Shown: in pieces, positions 13,756-20,000 of the stretch | Numbering within the stretch: position 1 is the stretch's first letter | Layout: the number at the start of each line of letters is the position of its first letter | Source: an uncultured virus (IMG/VR IMGVR_UViG_3300003364_000021) | Lineage: Duplodnaviria > Heunggongvirae > Uroviricota > Caudoviricetes | Reading direction: 5' to 3' (one strand) | IMG/VR virus record: IMGVR_UViG_3300003364_000021 | Span: 60,839 to 80,838 of that record | DNA length: 20,000 bases | Position numbers and translations under genes: made by a program | Notes under the pieces: generated by a model | Told to the model about the DNA's origin: nothing | Database searches by the model: none | Seen by the model: only the letters and a program-made list of their open reading frames with translations

Positions 13756-16407
13756 ATGGCATTCCGTGTCCAGGGCGAGATCCTCATGGACGCCGATCAG
13801 GCGAAGGCGGAGTTGCAGGCCACCGGCACCGCCGCGAAATCGGCCTCCCAGGACATTCGCGGCGTCGGCACCCAAGGTGCAACCGCCGCACGCGGGGTCA
13901 AGCAGCTTGAGACGGCCGCCAGAACCTCCGCTACGGGCCTTAGGGCGGCAAGCTCGGCCGCCGAGGTCAATGCAGCGGCGACCCAGAAAATGGCCTCGGC
14001 CAATCGCCTCGCCGCAGGCTCGATGGGCAACCTCGTGGCGCAGGGCAATGACGTGTTTGTCATGCTCGCGGCGGGTCAGAACCCGCTCACGCTGGCCATT
14101 CAGCAGGGCACGCAAATCACTCAGGTGATCGGGCCGCTCGGGGCGGCGGGCGCGTTCCGGGCATTGGGCGGGGCGGTTCTCGCGATGCTGAGCCCGATCA
14201 ATCTGATCACCATCGGCGCACTGGCGGCGACCGCTACCGTGGTCAATTGGTTCATGTCCTCCTCGGAAGAGGCCGAGAGTTTCGCGGACAGCGTCGAGGC
14301 GCTCGAGAACCGGATCGACAGCCTGAGGGACAAGATCGCCGAGGCCTCATCCACCCGGCTCGAACTGGCCGACCGCTTCGGCGAAGGCTTTGTGGACCGC
14401 GCCCAAGACCTGCTCGACCGGATCGTCGAGGCCGAGAAGCGTATCACCGCCCGTGAGACCGGCGAAAACATCGGAGATTTTCTGGGCGAAACCGGCGTGG
14501 ACTTTGGGCGCATCAACCGCAACCGCAACCTCCTGCCGCAATCGGTCGACGGCGGGCTCGACGTGGCCGAGGGTCAAGCGCTCTCCACGCTCGCTTCTGA
14601 GTTCGACCTCAGCGGTCTCTTTGGGCGGATGCGTGCCGGGAGCCGTGAACTTGTTCAAGACGTTCTCAACGATTTCGCCGCCCTTCAGGAGGCCGCGCAA
14701 GGCACGGTCGAAGAACAAGCCGCCGCCGTCGACGCGCTGATCGAGAGCTACACCCGCGCCGCGCTGGCCTCGGGGGAGACGTCCGAGGCAGAGCAAGACC
14801 GCCTCCTGACGCTTGACAAAATGCGTCTGACCCTGGCCGAAGTTGCCAAGCTGCAAGGGGAAGACCCCGCCCGAAACCGCCAGACCGAAGAAATGCTGAC
14901 CTTCCTCGATCTGGTGACCAAAAGCACCGGCGAGCAGCTGAAGGCCGAGGCGGCGGCGCAGGCCACGCTCTCGACCATGATCCAGCAGAATGGCGTGGCC
15001 GAGGCTATCGCGCGGGCAGGCGCGGACAGTGCCGAGGTGACGCGGTTGCGCGCGCAGTTCGCCCTCGATGCGGCGCTTGCGGAGGCCGACGCCTCTGGCG
15101 CGAGCGAAGAAACAAAAGAGGCCATGCGCGAGGCCGCACAACACACCTTTGAAATCGCGACGAGCGACATGTCCGGCAGCATCCGCGCGGCCGCCGACGA
15201 GGCCGCGCGGCTCTCGGCCGAGGTGCGCGGTGCCGTCGATGCCATGTTCGACCTGCAATCCCAAGGCCAGGTCGGGTTGGAGAACGCCCGTATCCGGGCG
15301 GAGTTTCGCGACGATCCGATTGGGCGCGCCGGAGCCTTGGCCGGTGCTAGGTTCGACCGCGAGACGGCGGTAATCCGGGGCGAGGCCAGCGGCGATACGG
15401 CAACAGTCGATGACCTAAATGCGCGCCGGGACGCCGTTGTCGAACTGGCCCGTGAGACATCCCGCCTCAACGAGCTAGCCCGGCCGACGCGGTCCGGCAG
15501 CGGCGCGCGTGGCGCATCGGCCAACGAGACCCTGCGCGAACAGCAGGCGCTCGACCGGCTGATCGAGAGCAAGCGGCGCGAGATCGAGGCGCTGCGCGAG
15601 AGCGACCCGGTGCAGCGCGAGATGATCCGCCTGCGCGACCGCCTGACCGCCGCGACGCCAAAGCAACGCGCGGAGATCGAGGCGCTCGTCGAGGCCCATG
15701 AGAACGAGCGCGTCGCCATGGAGCGCAAGGAGGAATTCAACAACGCCGTCGACGACGTGCTGCTCGAGGCCGAAAGCCTCCGGGACGTCTGGGAGGGGAT
15801 CGGCGACATGGTCATCCGCGCGGCCAAGGAAGCGCTGATCCTCGGCACCGGCCCGCTCTCCGGTCTCTTTGGGGGCAGCGGTGGCGGTGGTGGCGGCCTT
15901 GGCGATCTCTTTGGTCTCCTCTCGGGCGGGTCGCTGATCAATATTGCGTCTGGCGGCTTGCCCGGCGAGATGGCGCCCGGCTTTGCCAGTGGCGGCGATC
16001 CTCTTGTCACCCGTCCCGGCCTCCTCTTGGGCGCGGGCACAGGCCGGGGGGACAGGATCCGCGCGATGGTAAGCGCCGGGGAATTCATCATGACGGCCGA
16101 GGCCACGGCCCGCAACCGCGCGGTGCTCGAGGCCATGAACGCAGGCGCGATCATTCCAGGCTTTGCCGGGGGCGGCCTGCCCCTGCCCGCGCAGGCTGCC
16201 GGTGCGACGCGAGCCCAGAGCGGTAGCGCGGGCCCGCGCATCGAGGTCGTGGCCCGCGTCGAGAACGGCAGCATCGTCCAGGACGTGCGCCGCATATCGG
16301 GGGAAGTGGCCGTGCAGGTGACGCGGGCCGGGATTGAGCAATTCACGCGCAGCGGCCTGCCGCAGGCGGTTGATCGTATCAACAAAGACCCCCGGAGGCG
16401 CGGTTGA
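13756..16407 (+). CDS. Tail tape measure protein
   Basis: 883 aa, Ala-rich and helical. Lambda-type N-terminal motif Q.NDV.V.LA.GQNPL..AIQQG.QI, and C-terminal FASGG...G.GTGR.D.I.AM.S.GEFI..A.AT. Confidence 0.92.
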   Translation: MAFRVQGEILMDADQAKAELQATGTAAKSASQDIRGVGTQGATAARGVKQLETAARTSATGLRAASSAAEVNAAATQKMASANRLAAGSMGNLVAQGNDVFVMLAAGQNPLTLAIQQGTQITQVIGPLGAAGAFRALGGAVLAMLSPINLITIGALAATATVVNWFMSSSEEAESFADSVEALENRIDSLRDKIAEASSTRLELADRFGEGFVDRAQDLLDRIVEAEKRITARETGENIGDFLGETGVDFGRINRNRNLLPQSVDGGLDVAEGQALSTLASEFDLSGLFGRMRAGSRELVQDVLNDFAALQEAAQGTVEEQAAAVDALIESYTRAALASGETSEAEQDRLLTLDKMRLTLAEVAKLQGEDPARNRQTEEMLTFLDLVTKSTGEQLKAEAAAQATLSTMIQQNGVAEAIARAGADSAEVTRLRAQFALDAALAEADASGASEETKEAMREAAQHTFEIATSDMSGSIRAAADEAARLSAEVRGAVDAMFDLQSQGQVGLENARIRAEFRDDPIGRAGALAGARFDRETAVIRGEASGDTATVDDLNARRDAVVELARETSRLNELARPTRSGSGARGASANETLREQQALDRLIESKRREIEALRESDPVQREMIRLRDRLTAATPKQRAEIEALVEAHENERVAMERKEEFNNAVDDVLLEAESLRDVWEGIGDMVIRAAKEALILGTGPLSGLFGGSGGGGGGLGDLFGLLSGGSLINIASGGLPGEMAPGFASGGDPLVTRPGLLLGAGTGRGDRIRAMVSAGEFIMTAEATARNRAVLEAMNAGAIIPGFAGGGLPLPAQAAGATRAQSGSAGPRIEVVARVENGSIVQDVRRISGEVAVQVTRAGIEQFTRSGLPQAVDRINKDPRRRG

Positions 16408-17069
16408 TGCCCTTGGCTTTTCCCCTCGTTCTGGCCGAGTTCCAAGACCGGCTGAAAATCTCGGTCTCGCAGCTCGTGATCAACACGCCCATGCAGATCG
16501 ACCGCACGGCCAGCGGCATTCCTCTGCCTGCGCTGCTGGGTGCGCCGGTGTGGCGCGGGTCGCTTACCCTTCCCCCCATGAGCAATCGCAGCAATGCCGC
16601 GCGGATCGACGCGCTCTTGTCCGTGCTGGACACGCCGGGGGCGTCGTTTCTGGTCTACGATCCGGCAAAGACGCATCCGGCAGATGATCCGACCGGGGCG
16701 ATCCTTGGCGCGGCCACGCCCACGGTCGCACAGCTTGATGCGGCAGATGCGCGGATGATCAAGCTGCAAGGCATGCCCGGTCTCTATTGGCTGCGCGGTG
16801 GCGATTTCATGGGCGTGCAGTATGGCTCCAGCCCCGTGCGATATGGCCTGCATCGGGTGGTGAGTGATATCCAGTCCGGCGCTCCGGGCACGACCGCATG
16901 GTTTCAAGTGACGCCGCCGCTCCAGCCGGGGATTGTCGTTGGCGATCCCGTGACGCTGATCAGGCCGGTAATCAAGGCGCGGCTCGAACCAAATCCGGCC
17001 TACGGCGCACATCGCGCGGGCAGAGCCGAGGGCGCACAGTTCTCCTTTGTGCAAAGCGTGGGGGTGTAG
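16407..17069 (+). CDS. Distal tail (Dit-like) protein
   Basis: Follows the tape measure gene with TGATG coupling. Motifs G...W.G.LTL, F..YDP....P..DP.G, L..GD, V.P.L.PG, F.Q. Confidence 0.65.
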   Translation: MPLAFPLVLAEFQDRLKISVSQLVINTPMQIDRTASGIPLPALLGAPVWRGSLTLPPMSNRSNAARIDALLSVLDTPGASFLVYDPAKTHPADDPTGAILGAATPTVAQLDAADARMIKLQGMPGLYWLRGGDFMGVQYGSSPVRYGLHRVVSDIQSGAPGTTAWFQVTPPLQPGIVVGDPVTLIRPVIKARLEPNPAYGAHRAGRAEGAQFSFVQSVGV

Positions 17070-17774
17070 ATGCGCGATTACGGCACCGCCACCGAAAATA
17101 TGCTGGCCAGCCTTACGGGTGTCATATCCCGGCATCTGGTGTGGGTATCAGCGCGGCGCAAATCCACAGGGCTGATCGAGGCCGTGGGGTTCTGGAATGG
17201 GCTTGATGTTCGGCAATTCACCGTTGGCGAGACCGCGCGCAGCTATCAGGGCGCGGGCTCAATCCTTGGGCTTGATCCGATCCGGGGCGAAGTGGGCTTG
17301 AATGTACGAATGCACACAATCCGTTTTTCCGGCATTCCGGCTGCGGTGGTCAATCTGGTGAACCTCTATGACCTGCGCGGTGCGCCGGTCGAGGTGCACC
17401 GGGTGTTTTTCGATCCGGTCAAGGCGGTGCAGGTCGGCGTGCCCGTGCGGGTGATCAAAGGTTGGGTCGAAGAGATGCCCCTGCCGCGCGCCGCAGAGGG
17501 GCAATCGGCGGATGTCACCATGACGGTGGCAAGCGCCGCGCGGGCGTTGACCCGGACCTTGGCGCTCAAGAAGTCCAATTCCGCGCAGCGCCGGATCAAC
17601 GCCACGGACCGGGGGCGGGAGAATGCCGCCACCTCGGGCGCGGTGCCGGTGTTCTGGGGGTCAGGCAAGTCGCAGAACGGCGCGCCGCCGCCCACGAGCG
17701 TCACGCCGTCCACACCCACGGCAGACGAGCGCGCGGGCGGGGGCAGTACCAGCAACGGGGATAGTCGTGGATGA
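17070..17774 (+). CDS. Tail tip hub / minor tail protein
   Basis: GFW.G.D, Y.GAG, YDL..APVE.HR.FFDP, L.KS...Q...D.G, V.WG; positioned between Dit-like and NlpC-like genes. Confidence 0.6.
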   Translation: MRDYGTATENMLASLTGVISRHLVWVSARRKSTGLIEAVGFWNGLDVRQFTVGETARSYQGAGSILGLDPIRGEVGLNVRMHTIRFSGIPAAVVNLVNLYDLRGAPVEVHRVFFDPVKAVQVGVPVRVIKGWVEEMPLPRAAEGQSADVTMTVASAARALTRTLALKKSNSAQRRINATDRGRENAATSGAVPVFWGSGKSQNGAPPPTSVTPSTPTADERAGGGSTSNGDSRG

Positions 17775-18154
17775 GCCGGGCACAGATGCTGATCGCCTAT
17801 CTCGACACTGTGCGGGTGATGCGCTTTCGCCCCGGCAGCCACGATTGCGGCATGTATGTCGCCGGGTGGGTCAAGGCCGCGACGGGCGTGGATCACGGCG
17901 AGCGGTGGCGCGGGCGCTATCGCAGCATGGCGGGGCTTGCCCGCGTGATGGCCGAAGACGGCTTTGCCAGCCATGTCGATTATATCGCCAGCCTCTTCCC
18001 GGAGATCCCGCCCGCCATGGCGCAGGTGGGCGATCTGGCGGTGTGCGAGGGCAGCGCCATGGGCATCTTTGCCAGCGACCGCGTGTTCGTGCTGCGCCCC
18101 GACGGGCTGGGCCATTTATCGCGCCTCAAGGCGGCGAGGGCTTTCAAGATATGA
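17771..18154 (+). CDS. NlpC/P60-like tail-associated protein (DUF6950-like)
   Basis: F.PG.HDC..Y.AGWV.A.TGVD....WRGRY and A..GDLA...G..MGI motifs. Confidence 0.75.
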   Translation: MSRAQMLIAYLDTVRVMRFRPGSHDCGMYVAGWVKAATGVDHGERWRGRYRSMAGLARVMAEDGFASHVDYIASLFPEIPPAMAQVGDLAVCEGSAMGIFASDRVFVLRPDGLGHLSRLKAARAFKI

Positions 18155-20000
18155 TCCTGTTCTTTGCGTTCCTCGTAGGCTTTATCGTAGCACCCGGCGG
18201 AGCTATGGCCGAGCCGATTTCCACTGCGATTGCCGTTGCGCTGGCGGCATCAAGCGCCGGGGCTGGCACGTTTGCGGCGATTGCTGCGGGGTTCGGTGCA
18301 CTGGGGGCGTTTGCGACGCGGATCATCGTGGGCGTGGGCCTCTCGCTGCTCAATCAAGCCTTTGCCAAGAAGCCCAAGGTCAATGGTCAGGGCATCCAGA
18401 CCGAACAGACCACGACCGGCGACGTGACGCCGCAGAAATTCATCGTGGGCACAATGGCGGCGGAGGGCCACGCGGTTGCGCCCGCCTATAGCCGCTTCAA
18501 GAACAACGGCATCCTGACCTACATTCTCGAGGTCTCGAACATTCCTGTGCAAGGTCTGACTGGGCGGATCGTCATAAACGGCAAATATTCCGACATCGAG
18601 GCCCCCGACAATAGCGCGGGGCCGTTCAATGAGGTGCCCGAAAATTCTGGCCGTCGCATCCTGACCGAGTTCCGGCAGGACGACACAGACCCGACCGCGT
18701 GGATGTGGTTCTACGACGGGACGCAGACCGAGGCCGATCCAACGCTGGTGACATACTATGGCGCGCATCCTGACCGTCCTTGGACCACGGATCACGTCCT
18801 GCGCGGCACAGCCTATGCGGTGCTGGAATTCGCGCTGGACCCCGAGATTTATCAGGGCCTGCCCTCTGTCCGGTTCGAGGTGCAGGGCATCAAGCTCTAC
18901 GATCCGCGCAAGGATACCACCGTGGGCGGCTCTGGCGCGCATCGGTGGGACAATCCCGCAACTTGGGAGTTCTCAGAAAATCCGCAGGTGATCAATTACA
19001 ACATCTATCGTGGCATCACCCTGCCCACGGGCGACATCTGGGGCGGGCAGGTGTCTGCCGAGGATTTGCCACTCGATAACTGGTTTGCGGGCATGAACGA
19101 GTGCGACGTCGATATCGGCGGGCGCAAGCAATACGTGGCGGGCTTCGAGATCAACGTCGAGGAGATGGCCCCGGTCGATGTGATCGAGGAAATGAACCGC
19201 GCCAGCTTTGCCCAGACGGCTGAGTTCGGTGGCGTGTTCCGGGTGCGCGTGGGTGCGCCCTCGGCCCCGGTGCTGGCTCTCACCGATGCGGATTTCGTAA
19301 TCACGGAATCCTCGGAGCTCACGCCGTTCCCGGCGTTCGAGAACGTGACCAACGGCATCACCGGGACTTACGTCGAGCCGAATGATATCTGGGAGGGCCG
19401 CGAGGCCGATCTGATCCTGAACGAGGATTGGGTGGCCGAGGATGGCGGGCAGCGGGTGGCAAGCGTTGGACTGCCTGCGGTGAGCGTCAAGGCGCAGGCG
19501 CAGCACCTGCTGAATTCTCTGCTGCTGGATGCGCGCCGGTTTGTGACGTTCCAAGTGACCTTGCCGCCGAGTTTCGCGCTGGTCGAGCCGCTGGATTCGA
19601 TCAGCTTCACGTCCGAGATTTACGGCTACACGAACAAGGTGTTCGAGGTGATCGAGGTCGAGGACCGCACCGACACGTTGCTGCAAGTCGTGGTGATGCG
19701 CGAGCGCGAGGCCACGGATACAGATTGGGGGCCGGAGCTCGACGTGCCGGCACCTCTGCCCACCAATGGTCAGACACCGCCTGCGCCGCTTGTGGTGCCG
19801 CTGTCAGTGGCTGCGTTTGACCTGTCGGACGCAGGCGGCACTGCGCGCCGCCCGGCAATCCTGTTGACCTGGACGATTGAAAGCCTGCCCGCGATCCGCA
19901 ACCTGAAATATCAGGTGCGCGTGAAGGCCACGCAGGAGATCGTCGCAGAGGGCATCAAGCCGGTCGACGGGGGCCGCGTGCTGGTGCGGGGCGACATCAT
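18151..20000 (+). CDS. Tail tip / host-specificity (central fibre, gpJ-like) protein, 3'-truncated and absent from the ORF track
   Basis: Frame runs from ATG 18151 (alternative 18205) to the window end. Motifs P.KFIVG, FYDGTQT.AD, W..DH.L.G.AY, G.P..RF...GIKLYDPRKD.T.GGSG.HR...P.TWE.S.NP, N.ITG.YVEP...W. Confidence 0.88.
   Translation, partial: MILFFAFLVGFIVAPGGAMAEPISTAIAVALAASSAGAGTFAAIAAGFGALGAFATRIIVGVGLSLLNQAFAKKPKVNGQGIQTEQTTTGDVTPQKFIVGTMAAEGHAVAPAYSRFKNNGILTYILEVSNIPVQGLTGRIVINGKYSDIEAPDNSAGPFNEVPENSGRRILTEFRQDDTDPTAWMWFYDGTQTEADPTLVTYYGAHPDRPWTTDHVLRGTAYAVLEFALDPEIYQGLPSVRFEVQGIKLYDPRKDTTVGGSGAHRWDNPATWEFSENPQVINYNIYRGITLPTGDIWGGQVSAEDLPLDNWFAGMNECDVDIGGRKQYVAGFEINVEEMAPVDVIEEMNRASFAQTAEFGGVFRVRVGAPSAPVLALTDADFVITESSELTPFPAFENVTNGITGTYVEPNDIWEGREADLILNEDWVAEDGGQRVASVGLPAVSVKAQAQHLLNSLLLDARRFVTFQVTLPPSFALVEPLDSISFTSEIYGYTNKVFEVIEVEDRTDTLLQVVVMREREATDTDWGPELDVPAPLPTNGQTPPAPLVVPLSVAAFDLSDAGGTARRPAILLTWTIESLPAIRNLKYQVRVKATQEIVAEGIKPVDGGRVLVRGDI

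Larger units (their letters stand above)
1..20000 (+). mobile_element. Mu-like (transposable) phage/prophage, head and siphovirus-type tail gene region; both ends lie outside the window
   Basis: Mu-type gene order gp26-gp27-gp28-gp29-gpF-I/Z-capsid-gp36-G-gp37, then tube, chaperone, tape measure and tail tip with no sheath gene. Continuous + strand coding with ATGA/TGATG overlaps. Confidence 0.93.

Noticed and set aside
15868..15930. GGC/GGT repeats in the tape measure gene as a tandem repeat or DGR target
   Set aside because: They simply encode a Gly-rich linker common in tape measure proteins. No template repeat or reverse transcriptase is seen in the window.
14748..17135. 795-aa minus-strand ORF
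   Set aside because: It is the antisense shadow of the tape measure and Dit-like genes in GC-rich DNA, with no recognisable motifs.
1..20000. CRISPR array, tRNA, rRNA or IS elements
   Set aside because: No regularly spaced repeats, cloverleaf signatures or transposase motifs were seen.

Overview
The window is the late (morphogenesis) region of a GC-rich Mu-like transposable phage or prophage with a long non-contractile tail. It resembles RcapMu in organisation, so an alphaproteobacterial/Rhodobacteraceae host is inferred but not proven. All genes are on the + strand and most are translationally coupled. The order is: DUF2730-like, gp26-like, terminase small subunit (gp27), five inserted accessory ORFs, terminase large subunit (gp28), portal (gp29), MuF (gp30), protease/scaffold (I/Z), cement, major capsid, head-tail connectors, tail tube, chaperone with a -1 frameshift, tape measure, Dit-like, hub-like, NlpC/P60-like and a truncated tail-tip protein. 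Three non-structural cargoes stand out: (1) a MuF with a C-terminal JAB/MPN metallo-isopeptidase-like domain followed by a small acidic partner, (2) an Acb2/Vs.4-like cyclic-nucleotide sponge preceded by a highly structured ~175-nt non-coding stretch just downstream of the capsid genes, and (3) a DUF6527-like CPCGC protein in the terS-terL insert. Together they suggest a counter-defence toolkit against CBASS or ubiquitin-like conjugation immunity; this link is a hypothesis. All family assignments come from motif recognition by eye, and no database searches were run.
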